Positions 1 through 11,695 of a stretch of 32,000 nt of DNA are shown here, in pieces. Within the stretch, counting starts at the first letter, position 1; each line of letters starts with the position of its first letter. The stretch is from Acidothermus cellulolyticus 11B. Lineage in GTDB: Bacteria; Actinomycetota; Actinomycetes; Acidothermales; Acidothermaceae. The notes beneath the pieces are model-generated. The model was not told the origin of the DNA, made no database searches, and saw nothing but the letters and a program-made list of their open reading frames with translations. Location: the NCBI RefSeq assembly GCF_000015025.1, contig NC_008578.1, positions 810,001-842,000 of the forward strand, given 5' to 3'. Both the position numbers and the translations under genes were made by a program.

Positions 1-532
1 GCGGATCCAGCAGCACGTGCAGGCCCGCGAACGCCTCCTGCAGACCCTGCTCGATTCCCTCGACATTCCCGTTCCGGAGCGGATCGTTGACGCCGAAGTA
101 CGGTCGAGAGCCGAGCAGTTGCGCCGCTATGCCGAGGCCCGCGGCATGGACGCCGAAGGCCTGCTGGCCCAGCAAGGGGAGAGCCTGCACGACCACGAGG
201 CGCACGTGCGCGCCGATGTGGAGCGCGAACTGCGGGTGCAGTTCCTCCTGGACACCGTCGTCGCGCGTGAACAGCTGCAACTGCAAGAGGCGGAGCTCAC
301 GGACTACTTGATTCAGCGGGCCACCCGGCTCGGCGTGAGTCCCGACGACTATGCCAATCAATTGGTGCGGACCAACACCGTGCCGCTGGCGGTGGCGGAT
401 GCGCTGCGCGGCAAGGCGCTGACCTACCTTCTCCAGCGGGTCCGCGTCGTCGACACCACCGGCGCACCGGTGAACCTGGAGGGGGGCTCGACGCCGGCTG
501 CCGAGGCGGAGCCGGCGGTAAGCGAAGCCTGA
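1..532 (+). CDS. tig: Trigger factor, C-terminal part (5' end lies upstream of the window)
   Basis: The frame is open from the window edge (in frame from nt 2) to TGA 530-532. The translation (..LLDSLDIPVPERIVDAEVRSRAEQL..LLDTVVAREQLQLQEAELTDYLIQRA..) resembles the trigger factor C-terminal arm domain. It sits directly upstream of clpP1-clpP2-clpX, the canonical tig-clpP-clpX synteny. Confidence 0.8.
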   Translation, partial: RIQQHVQARERLLQTLLDSLDIPVPERIVDAEVRSRAEQLRRYAEARGMDAEGLLAQQGESLHDHEAHVRADVERELRVQFLLDTVVAREQLQLQEAELTDYLIQRATRLGVSPDDYANQLVRTNTVPLAVADALRGKALTYLLQRVRVVDTTGAPVNLEGGSTPAAEAEPAVSEA

Positions 533-602
533 TACTGCCCGGTCGCTGTTGCCGCAGACGTCCGCGATGCTGTTGCGGTGACCGTCCGCCTGTGCCCACA
601 TC

Positions 603-624
603 CCGCGCCTGCGCCGTCAGCGAA
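603..624. promoter_or_regulatory. Copy 1 of a 22-bp perfect direct repeat (ccgcgcctgcgccgtcagcgaa) containing a ClgR-operator-like core
   Basis: The reverse complement of 612-625 reads GTTCGC-TGACG-GCG. This matches the Streptomyces ClgR operator form GTTCGC-N5-GCG as I recall it. It lies about 190 nt upstream of the clpP1 start. Confidence 0.4.
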
Positions 625-663
625 CCGAATGGGACCGTCCGGTGCGGGACGACGACCCCCATG

Positions 664-685
664 CCGCGCCTGCGCCGTCAGCGAA
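664..685. promoter_or_regulatory. Copy 2 of the same 22-bp direct repeat, with a near-consensus ClgR-like core
   Basis: The 22-mer is identical to 603-624 and lies 61 bp downstream of it. The reverse complement of 673-686 reads TTTCGC-TGACG-GCG (CGC-N5-GCG core retained). It lies about 130 nt upstream of clpP1. Confidence 0.35.
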
Positions 686-811
686 ACCGGCGGCTCCGCC
701 CGGCCGGGATGCCGGTCCGCCGGTTAGGGTCGGAACTCGACGCGATTCCCCGGTCTCCATCCGGAGGGCCGTGTCAGCGTCCGATCGAGACAGTGATGGG
801 ACAGGTGAGAA

Positions 812-1477
812 GTGATCGTCGATCCCTCCGTCGCGCGTTCGGAGTCCGGCTCTCCGATCGGCGTACCGGGCATTCCGACCGCCGCGCTCCCGCCGTCCGG
901 CGCATCCGCTGAGGATGACGTCTTCAACAAGCTGCTGCGCAACCGGATTCTGTTCCTCGGCACGGTGGTCGACGACGCCCTGGCGAACAAAATCTGCGCA
1001 CAGCTGCTGCTGCTTGCCGCCGAGGATCCGGATCGCGATATTTACCTGTACATCAATTCACCCGGCGGCTCGGTGGACGCCGGCATGGCGATTTACGACA
1101 CCATGCAGTACGTGCAGTGCGATGTCGCTACCGTCGCGCTCGGGTTGGCCGCGTCCATGGGGCAGTTCCTCCTCTGCGCTGGCGCCAAAGGGAAGCGGTA
1201 CGCGCTGCCGCATGCGCGGATCATGATGCATCAGCCGCTCGGCGGCATCGGCGGTACGGCGTCGCTCATCGCCATTCAGGCCGAACAGATGCTGTACGCC
1301 AAGCGCACGCTGCAGCAGCTCATTTCCCAGCACACCGGGCAGCCGATTGAACGCATCGAGCGGGACTCCGACCGGGAACGATGGTTCTCCGCGGAGGAGG
1401 CGAAGGAGTACGGCTTCATCGACCACGTCGTTCGTAGCTCCCGCCAGGTGCCTACCGAGACGACGTCGGTCTCCTAA
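812..1477 (+). CDS. clpP1: ATP-dependent Clp protease proteolytic subunit 1
   Basis: Motifs [16 protein letters not shown] (Ser nucleophile) and MMHQPLGG (catalytic His). GTG start is preceded by aggtgaga. It is the first of the tandem clpP pair typical of actinobacteria. The exact start is uncertain. Confidence 0.93.
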   Translation: MIVDPSVARSESGSPIGVPGIPTAALPPSGASAEDDVFNKLLRNRILFLGTVVDDALANKICAQLLLLAAEDPDRDIYLYINSPGGSVDAGMAIYDTMQYVQCDVATVALGLAASMGQFLLCAGAKGKRYALPHARIMMHQPLGGIGGTASLIAIQAEQMLYAKRTLQQLISQHTGQPIERIERDSDRERWFSAEEAKEYGFIDHVVRSSRQVPTETTSVS

Positions 1478-1485
1478 GAGGAGGG

Positions 1486-2205
1486 GTGGCGAGGATGCGC
1501 GTCGAGCATGCCGGCGAATTGTGGGTGCCGCGGAGTGCGGGCGACGGCCCGGGACGGCGGTTGACCGGGGAGCGGCCGTCGTCGCGGTACATCGTCCCGG
1601 AATTCCGGGAGCGCACCAGTCAGGGTGACCGAATTCACAATCCGTACACCAAGCTCTTCGAAGAGCGCATCATCTTCCTCGGCGTCCAAATCGACGACAT
1701 CTCGGCGAACGACGTGATGGCCCAGCTGCTGACCTTGGAGTCGATGGACCCGGACCGCGACATCCAGCTCTACATCAACTCACCGGGCGGGTCGTTCACC
1801 GCACTCACCGCGATCTACGACACGATGCAGTTCATCCGGCCCGAGGTGCAGACGATTTGCATGGGCCAGGCGGCGTCCGCGGCCGCCGTCCTGCTGGCCG
1901 CCGGCACGAAGGGCAAGCGGATGGCCCTGCCGAATTCCCGGATTCTCATCCATCAGCCGTACAGCGAGGCGGGCGGTCAGGCCAGCGACCTGGAGATCGC
2001 CGCCCGCGAGGTGCTGCGGATGCGCCGCCTCCTCGAACACCTGCTCGCCAAGCACACCGGCCGCAGCGAGGAGCAGATCCGGCAGGACATTGAGCGCGAC
2101 AAGATTCTCACTGCTGAGGAGGCGGTGGAGTACGGCATCATCGACGAGGTGATCACCACCCGCAAGCTCTCCCTCGTGGGCTCCTCGGCCGCGGCGGCGC
2201 GCTAG
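1486..2205 (+). CDS. clpP2: ATP-dependent Clp protease proteolytic subunit 2
   Basis: Motifs [17 protein letters not shown] and LIHQPYS. GAGGAGGGG at 1478-1486 serves as an SD. The start is either GTG 1486 or, perhaps more likely, ATG 1495. Confidence 0.93.
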   Translation: MARMRVEHAGELWVPRSAGDGPGRRLTGERPSSRYIVPEFRERTSQGDRIHNPYTKLFEERIIFLGVQIDDISANDVMAQLLTLESMDPDRDIQLYINSPGGSFTALTAIYDTMQFIRPEVQTICMGQAASAAAVLLAAGTKGKRMALPNSRILIHQPYSEAGGQASDLEIAAREVLRMRRLLEHLLAKHTGRSEEQIRQDIERDKILTAEEAVEYGIIDEVITTRKLSLVGSSAAAAR

Positions 2206-2209
2206 TCCA

Positions 2210-2225
2210 GCCGGGCGAACCCGGC
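2210..2225 (+). terminator. GC-rich hairpin just after the clpP2 stop (GCCGGG-cgaa-CCCGGC); possible attenuator or processing stem, no T-tract
   Basis: A perfect 6-bp stem with a 4-nt loop, read directly, lies 5 nt after TAG 2203-2205. No U-run follows, so intrinsic termination is not assured. Confidence 0.3.
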
Positions 2226-2358
2226 GTCACGCCGTTCGGATTCGTCCGGGACACGCCGAAGGAGACTGCGCAGCCAGCTTCCGGGCGGTACCGTCGGAGA
2301 TGCTGGGGGTAGCAAGAACAGACCGGCTCGCAAGAGCCCTGAGCAGAAAGACGGAACC

Positions 2359-3634
<1,276 letters not shown>

Positions 3635-3642
<8 letters not shown>

Positions 3643-3710
3643 TCCGCTTAGCTGGCGTGGCCGGTACGGTTTAGCCGGCGTGGCGCGTTAGCCGGTTTAG
3701 CCGGTGCGGC
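3635..3710. repeat. Cluster of short TTAG-containing direct repeats in the convergent clpX/3730(-) intergenic region
   Basis: ccgcttag occurs twice (3635-3642, 3644-3651). TTAGC[T/C]GG occurs at 3648, 3671, 3688 and 3697. The longer units ttagctggcgtggc (3648-3661), ttagccggcgtggc (3671-3684) and ttagccggtgcggc (3697-3710) are near-identical. Confidence 0.6.
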
Positions 3711-3729
3711 GCTGCCCGGCCGCCGTGCC

Positions 3730-5049
3730 TCACTGCTCGACCTGGTGGCGGATCGTGCTTGCCGTGGCGATGTTCGCGGTCGTGTTCGTGCCGTAGACGG
3801 TGACGATGACGACGGCGCCGCGGTCGACGGCGATGCACTCCGTCCCGGCTTTGCCGCCGCGGAGTGCGCCGCACCACCACTGACCGGTTGCCGGGTCGCC
3901 CGAGGAGAGTTGTCGAAGTGTCGCGGCTTGCCCCTGGGCGGCGAGCGTCTTGTTGATGACCGTGACCAACCGGATTTGGTCATCGGTGGTCTTCACCGAT
4001 GCGGTGGACGGTATGGCACCGGCAATGACGACCGCCCGAGGTCCCGTGCCGTACACCGCGAATCCCGCCGCGGACAGCGCGGGCGATGCGGTGCGGAGCT
4101 TTGCGACCTGGGCCCGCACTGGGTCGACGAGCGCCGTGTCGGTAACCCGAGGTGCACTGCCCAGCTTGACCGGGAAGCTGATCGTCGCCGGTGTTGCCGT
4201 CGAACCGTGGTGCAGCACGTATTTCGGCACGAGGTAGTAGCCGCCGGCGGCCAGGACGACGACCGCCGCTGCAATGAGCGCGCCGAGGCGGCGCCGTTTT
4301 GCCGGCGCAATGGATTGGCCGGGCTGTTCCGGCGGGTTGGCCTCGGCGGTAACGGTTGGTGCATCGGCCGGTGGCACAGCGGCGTACGACGGCGGCGCCG
4401 AAGCGGCGGTGTAACCGGCAGGCGCGGCCGCGTAACCGGTAGGCGGCGCGTACCCGGCCGATGCGGCGGCGTACCCGCCCGGCGCCGCAGCGTACCCGGG
4501 GCTGGACGGCGATCCCGGGGTCACGTACCCAGGCACGGCGCCGGGTGCCTGGGGGACCGGACCGGGTGTCGGATATCCCGGGGTGGCGGCGGGTGTGGTC
4601 CCGGGGGGAGAGTATCCGGCGGGTGTGGTCCCGGGGGCTGGATATCCGGCGTAGCCGGCGGGTGTGTACCCCTGGGCGTAACCGGCGGGACCGTATCCGG
4701 GTTGCGTGGACGGGTAAGCCGGCGGCGCGGCGTACGCGGGTGGCGCGGACTGGTAGTCCTGCGCGCTGATCGGGACGCCGCCGCCGGGCGTCGCACCGCC
4801 GACGGGTGCAGCGCCGGGTGCCGTCGGCGCCGGAGTCGGCGCAGTGCCAGGGGGAACCGAGCCGGGAACCGAGGCCGGGGTTGGTCCGCCGGGAGGTGTC
4901 GGCGGGACGGCGGCCGCTGGGGCGGCCTGTGACGCGTCGTCAGTCACCTTGCCGCGGCCGCGCTGGTCCTTGCGGGTTCGGCCGCGGCCGGGCAACACCG
5001 TGATCGCGTAAGGAGACTGAAACGTGTCGTCGAGATGCTTGTCCTTCAT
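3730..5049 (-). CDS. Membrane-anchored protein: Pro/Tyr/Gly/Ala-rich disordered N-terminal region, one TM helix, Cys-pair C-terminal domain (function unknown)
   Basis: ATG at 5049-5047 (MKDKHLDD..) is preceded by GAGGA. The ORF-track start at 5280 would overlap valS. About 260 aa of PAGY/PGY-type repeats are followed by RRRLGALIAAAVVVLAAGGYYLV (TM). A C-terminal domain of about 150 aa follows, with ordinary composition and two Cys (WWCG..TECI). Confidence 0.6.
   Translation of the reverse strand: MKDKHLDDTFQSPYAITVLPGRGRTRKDQRGRGKVTDDASQAAPAAAVPPTPPGGPTPASVPGSVPPGTAPTPAPTAPGAAPVGGATPGGGVPISAQDYQSAPPAYAAPPAYPSTQPGYGPAGYAQGYTPAGYAGYPAPGTTPAGYSPPGTTPAATPGYPTPGPVPQAPGAVPGYVTPGSPSSPGYAAAPGGYAAASAGYAPPTGYAAAPAGYTAASAPPSYAAVPPADAPTVTAEANPPEQPGQSIAPAKRRRLGALIAAAVVVLAAGGYYLVPKYVLHHGSTATPATISFPVKLGSAPRVTDTALVDPVRAQVAKLRTASPALSAAGFAVYGTGPRAVVIAGAIPSTASVKTTDDQIRLVTVINKTLAAQGQAATLRQLSSGDPATGQWWCGALRGGKAGTECIAVDRGAVVIVTVYGTNTTANIATASTIRHQVEQ
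4591..4650. repeat. 30-bp tandem duplication inside the Pro-rich CDS
   Basis: gggtgtggtcccggggggagagtatccggc (4591-4620) and gggtgtggtcccgggggctggatatccggc (4621-4650). On the minus strand these encode AGYPAPGTTP and AGYSPPGTTP. Confidence 0.85.
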
Positions 5050-5202
5050 CACGGTCCTCGATTCGTGCCATTTGCCCGTTGAGGTCCTCGGCCGGTTCCG
5101 CGTCGGCCTTGACTCGACCGACACCTTCCGGCGGCCACGAACCGCATGGATCTCCATTCGCCGGGTGCGGGATCGATCGACCGTGCTGGCTAGACTCAAC
5201 GC

Positions 5203-7869
<2,667 letters not shown>

Positions 7870-7872
7870 CCG

Positions 7873-9210
7873 ATGGCCGGCGCCGCGGATCTCGCGCGGG
7901 TGGAGAAGGAGCTCCTGGCGCGATGGCCGGAATCCCGTATCGAGTGGAAACTCGAGCGGATGACTGCGCTCATGGAGCTGCTTGGCGACCCGCAGCTCGC
8001 CTATCCGTCCATTCACATTGCCGGCACCAACGGCAAGACGTCGACCGCGCGCATCATTGACGCCCTGCTCCGTGCCCTCAATCTGCGCACCGGGTGTTAC
8101 ACCAGCCCGCACCTCGAATCCATCACCGAACGGATCCTCCTTGACGGTGAGCCGATTTCTGATGAGGTGTTCGTGGCCACCTACGACGAACTGACGCCCT
8201 ACTTCGAGCTCGTCGATGCGCGGTTCCCCACCCGCCTCTCGTTCTTTGAGGCCGTCACCGGCATGGCGTTCGCCGCTTTCGCCGCCGCACCGGTCGACGT
8301 GGCCGTCGTCGAAGTCGGCATGGGCGGCCGGCTCGACGCGACGAACATCATCCATGCGCCGGTCGCTGTCATCACTCCGATCGACCTCGACCATCAAGCG
8401 CATCTGGGGTCCACAATTGCCGCGATCGCCGGTGAGAAAGCCGGAATCATCAAATCGGATCAGACCGTGGTGGTTGCCGCCCAACACGATGCCGCCGCCC
8501 AGGTGCTGCGTCGTCGCGCCGAGGAGGTTGGGGCGCGTCTGGTGACCGAAGGCGTGGATTTCGCTGTCACGGAACGAAAACCCGCAGTCGGCGGCCAGCT
8601 CGTCACCATCCGCGGCGTGCGCGGTGAATATCCCGAGCTGTTCCTCCCGTTGCACGGTGCACATCAGGCGGGCAATGCCGCTGTCTCGCTTGCGGCCGTC
8701 GAGACATTCCTCAGCCCGGAGCATGCGCTTGACATCGACCTGCTGCGGGACGCGTTCGCCGGCGTCCGGTCACCCGGGCGGTTGGAAATCGTCCGTACGA
8801 AGCCCACCGTCCTCGTCGACGCCAGCCACAATCCCGCCGGCGCCCGCGTGACGGCTGCGACGCTGGCCAGTGAATTCGCGTTCGAGCGACTCATCGGTGT
8901 GATCGGCACCCTGGCCGACAAGGACGTCCCGGGAATTCTCACCGCATTCGCACCAGTGCTCAGTGAGGTCATCGTCACCCGGAGCAGCTCGCATCGGGCG
9001 ATCGACCCCGTCGATCTCGCAACGCAGGCCGAGGCCGTGTTCGGGCCGGAGAAGGTGACCCTCGTCCCGCGGCTGGATGAGGCATTGCAGGTCGCGCTGC
9101 GCCGGGCGGCCGAGGCTGACGCGGGCGGATTGGGCAGCGGCGTCGGTGTTCTCGTGACGGGTTCCGTGGTGACCGCCGGTGAGGCCCGGCGGCTGTTGCG
9201 ACAGCGATGA
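7873..9210 (+). CDS. folC: Bifunctional folylpolyglutamate synthase / dihydrofolate synthase
   Basis: Mur-ligase P-loop GTNGKTST, YTSPHL and HNPAGA. It lies 3 nt after the valS stop, the conserved valS-folC pairing. Confidence 0.93.
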   Translation: MAGAADLARVEKELLARWPESRIEWKLERMTALMELLGDPQLAYPSIHIAGTNGKTSTARIIDALLRALNLRTGCYTSPHLESITERILLDGEPISDEVFVATYDELTPYFELVDARFPTRLSFFEAVTGMAFAAFAAAPVDVAVVEVGMGGRLDATNIIHAPVAVITPIDLDHQAHLGSTIAAIAGEKAGIIKSDQTVVVAAQHDAAAQVLRRRAEEVGARLVTEGVDFAVTERKPAVGGQLVTIRGVRGEYPELFLPLHGAHQAGNAAVSLAAVETFLSPEHALDIDLLRDAFAGVRSPGRLEIVRTKPTVLVDASHNPAGARVTAATLASEFAFERLIGVIGTLADKDVPGILTAFAPVLSEVIVTRSSSHRAIDPVDLATQAEAVFGPEKVTLVPRLDEALQVALRRAAEADAGGLGSGVGVLVTGSVVTAGEARRLLRQR

Positions 9211-9626
9211 CAACCGCCATGACGTCCCCCGGCGCCGGCGAGGGTGCCGAGGTCGAGCGCGCCCGCCTCCGGGCGCGCCGGGACGCGCGCCGGCTGGCCG
9301 CGAGCGTGCTCGGGACGGAAGTGATCGTCTTCTGGCTGGGCATCATCGCCGCCGTCACGCTGTCCGGGGTGTCCCGCCCGGTCGCGATTGCGGTGGGCGC
9401 GGCCTTGGCCCTTGGCTGCGTCCTCGCAGCGATGCTGCTCCGCACCCGCGCCGGGTACGTGCTCGGCAGCGTGCTCCAACTGCTGGCGATCGCGTGCGGC
9501 GTCGTCGTCCCGGTGATGTTCATCCTCGGCGTGATCTTCGCGGGGTTGTGGGTAGCGGCGTGGCGGCTCGGCGTGAAGGCGATCCGATCAGCTGATCAAG
9601 CGGGGAGAAGCTCGGGCACGTCGTGA
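9207..9626 (+). CDS. Small integral membrane protein, DUF4233-like
   Basis: ATGA overlap with the folC stop (9207-9210). It has 3-4 hydrophobic helices (EVIVFWLGIIAAVTL.., VAIAVGAALALGCVLAAML, VLQLLAIACGVVVPVMFILGVIFAGLWV). A membrane protein of this type follows folC in many actinobacteria; that point is from memory. Confidence 0.75.
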   Translation: MTTAMTSPGAGEGAEVERARLRARRDARRLAASVLGTEVIVFWLGIIAAVTLSGVSRPVAIAVGAALALGCVLAAMLLRTRAGYVLGSVLQLLAIACGVVVPVMFILGVIFAGLWVAAWRLGVKAIRSADQAGRSSGTS

Positions 9627-9651
9627 CGATCGTGCGGTACGGTCAGAGGGA

Positions 9652-10650
9652 ATGTCCACCGAAACCGCCTCCGCACTCGATGAGCGCTCGGTCGCGCCGC
9701 GGTCCCGGGCAGCCGACGACGCCGGCCAGGTCCCGTTGATCCATGCGCGGGGCCTGCTCAAGCGTTACGGCACGTTCGTCGCCGTCGACCACATCGACCT
9801 CGACGTGTACGCCGGCCAGGCTTTCGGCTTTCTCGGCCCGAACGGAGCGGGGAAATCCTCCACTATGCGCATGATCGGATGCGTCTCGGAGCCGTCCGGC
9901 GGCACGTTGCGCATCTTCGGCCTGGACCCACGGCGCGACGGTCCGGTGATCCGGGGTCGGATCGGGGTCGTGCCGCAACAAGACACCCTCGACCTCGAGC
10001 TCACCGTCCGCGAGAACCTCATCGTGTACGGGCGGTACTTCGGCCTTCCCCGGGCCTGGCTGCGCCGTCGCGCAGACGAATTGCTCGACTTCGTCCAGCT
10101 CGCCGACCGTGCCGACGACAAGGTGGAGCCCCTCTCCGGCGGCATGCGCCGACGCCTCACCATCGCGCGGGCACTGATCAACGAGCCGGAGCTGCTGCTG
10201 CTCGACGAGCCGACCACCGGTCTTGATCCGCAGGCCCGGCACGCGGTCTGGGATCGCCTCTTCCGCCTCAAACAGCACGGCGTCACCCTCGTCCTCACCA
10301 CCCACTACATGGACGAAGCCGAGCAGCTCTGCGACGAGCTGGTCGTCATGGACAAGGGTTCGATCGTTGCGCGCGGCTCCCCGCGGGACCTCATCACCCG
10401 GTTCGCCACCAAGGACGTCGTTGAGCTGCGGTTTCCGGTCGGTCGCAACGAGGAGATGGCCGGCCGGGTCGCTGACCTTGGTGACCGGGTTGACGTCCTG
10501 CCCGACCGGCTCGTCATTTACACCGAGGACGGCGACGGCTGTCTTGCGGCGGTGCACGCCCGTGGTCTCGAACCGCTCTCCGCTTGGTTGCGCCGCGCCA
10601 CGCTGGAAGACGTCTTCCTCCGGCTCACCGGCCATGCGCTGATCGATTGA
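9652..10650 (+). CDS. ABC transporter ATP-binding protein (ABC-2 / NodI-DrrA-like exporter ATPase)
   Basis: Walker A GPNGAGKSST, Q-loop VVPQQD, signature LSGGMRRR, Walker B LLLLDEPTTGLD, H-loop TTHYMDE. The C-terminal regulatory extension ends ..ATLEDVFLRLTG. Confidence 0.93.
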   Translation: MSTETASALDERSVAPRSRAADDAGQVPLIHARGLLKRYGTFVAVDHIDLDVYAGQAFGFLGPNGAGKSSTMRMIGCVSEPSGGTLRIFGLDPRRDGPVIRGRIGVVPQQDTLDLELTVRENLIVYGRYFGLPRAWLRRRADELLDFVQLADRADDKVEPLSGGMRRRLTIARALINEPELLLLDEPTTGLDPQARHAVWDRLFRLKQHGVTLVLTTHYMDEAEQLCDELVVMDKGSIVARGSPRDLITRFATKDVVELRFPVGRNEEMAGRVADLGDRVDVLPDRLVIYTEDGDGCLAAVHARGLEPLSAWLRRATLEDVFLRLTGHALID

Positions 10651-10672
10651 GCACCGGCCACCGGACGCAACG

Positions 10673-10792
10673 AGCAATGGAGCAGCCCATGCACATAGCA
10701 ATGCAGCAGCCCATGCACATAGCAATTCAGCGACCCATGCACGTAGCAATGCAGCAGCCCATGCAACAAGCAATGCAGCGACCCATTCCGCG
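10673..10792. repeat. Tandem repeat, 5 x 24 bp (consensus agcaatgcagcagcccatgcacat), in the ATPase-permease intercistronic gap
   Basis: Units at 10673, 10697, 10721, 10745 and 10769 were read directly. They are head-to-tail with no spacers, and divergence increases toward the 3' end. Confidence 0.95.
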
Positions 10793-10858
10793 ACGATCCC
10801 TCAACCGGGAGCGCCAAGCCCCGGCAGCCTCTTGGCGCCACCCGCCGGCGGAGGGTGC

Positions 10859-11695
10859 ATGAGCGGCATGGCGGCGGCGGCCGAACCGCTTGGTACCGCC
10901 CGTGGGAACCTGCCCGCGGCGATGCGGCGCACCTGGCGGGCGTACCGGTACTGGGTGACGAGTTACCGGCGGACCTGGCGCGGTTCGGTGGTGTCGAGCA
11001 TCGTCAATCCGGTGCTGTACCTGGCGGCGCTGGGGGTTGGGCTCGGCACTCTGGTGCACGCCGGGCCCGCGACCCATGGGCTGAGCTACCTGCAGTTCAT
11101 CGCCCCTGGATTGCTCGCCGCCACCGCGATGCAGGTGGCCTCCATCGAAGCGACCTATCCGGTGCTCGCGTCGGTCAAATGGGTGCCGATGTACGACGCC
11201 ATGCTCGCGACACCGCTCACGGTCGGGGACGTCTTCGCCGGCCACCTGCTGTGGATGCTCACTCGGATCGGGCTGACCAGCAGCACGTACCTGGCGGTGA
11301 TCGCCGCATTCGGCGGGGTGCGCAGTGGGCTCGCTGTTTGTGCAGTGCCGATCTGTCTTCTGCTCGGCCTGGCGTGCGCGGCCCCGATTGCCGCGTTCGC
11401 CGTCAGGCAAGAGACCGACACGTCTTTCTCCGCCTTGCAGCGTTTCGTGATCGTGCCGATGTTCCTCTTCTCCGGCACGTTCTTCAGCATTGATCAGCTT
11501 CCGTCGTGGATTCGTCCCGTTGCGTACGTGACCCCGCTCTGGCACGGTGTCACCCTTACCCGCGATGTCACGAGCGGTGTCGTGGAGCCCGGCGGCGTCG
11601 CCCTCATCGGCGTCCACCTCGTCTTTCTCACCGCGCTCGCGGGAATCGGCACCCGTATCGCCGCCCGCAATTACCGGCGACGGTTGGAGCGTTGA
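10859..11695 (+). CDS. ABC-2 type transporter permease (first of two)
   Basis: ATG 10859 is preceded by GGAGGG (10850-10855). The ORF-track start is TTG 10832. Six predicted TM segments; the length and ..FVIVPMFLFSGTFFSIDQLPSWIRPVAYVTPLWHG.. are typical of ABC-2 permeases. Confidence 0.85.
   Translation: MSGMAAAAEPLGTARGNLPAAMRRTWRAYRYWVTSYRRTWRGSVVSSIVNPVLYLAALGVGLGTLVHAGPATHGLSYLQFIAPGLLAATAMQVASIEATYPVLASVKWVPMYDAMLATPLTVGDVFAGHLLWMLTRIGLTSSTYLAVIAAFGGVRSGLAVCAVPICLLLGLACAAPIAAFAVRQETDTSFSALQRFVIVPMFLFSGTFFSIDQLPSWIRPVAYVTPLWHGVTLTRDVTSGVVEPGGVALIGVHLVFLTALAGIGTRIAARNYRRRLER

Noticed and set aside
3745-4932. 395-aa plus-strand ORF opposite the Pro-rich gene
   Set aside because: Its translation is an almost pure Arg/Gly run (..RRRRSGGVTGRRGRVTGRRR..). 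The minus frame instead gives a TM helix, a globular C-terminal domain and an SD-preceded ATG.
10673-10792. Possible CRISPR array (regular short repeats)
   Set aside because: The units are contiguous with no spacers and are only 24 bp long. They degenerate progressively, and the window contains no cas genes. This is a tandem repeat, not a CRISPR array.
10518-10841. Minus-strand ORF reading the repeat as a Cys/His-rich peptide (HGLLHCYVHG..)
   Set aside because: It is antisense within a co-directional operon, overlaps the 3' end of the ATPase gene, and has lower third-position G+C than the + frame. I kept it only as an alternative within the repeat finding.
10643-10858. The repeat as an N-terminal extension of the first permease (the permease frame is open from 10643 through the repeat: ..SNGAAHAHSNAAAHAHSN..)
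   Set aside because: There is no ATG, GTG or TTG in that frame between the upstream stop (TGA 10640-10642) and TTG 10832. Third-position G+C in that frame is very low (2/8 per unit). A good SD precedes ATG 10859.
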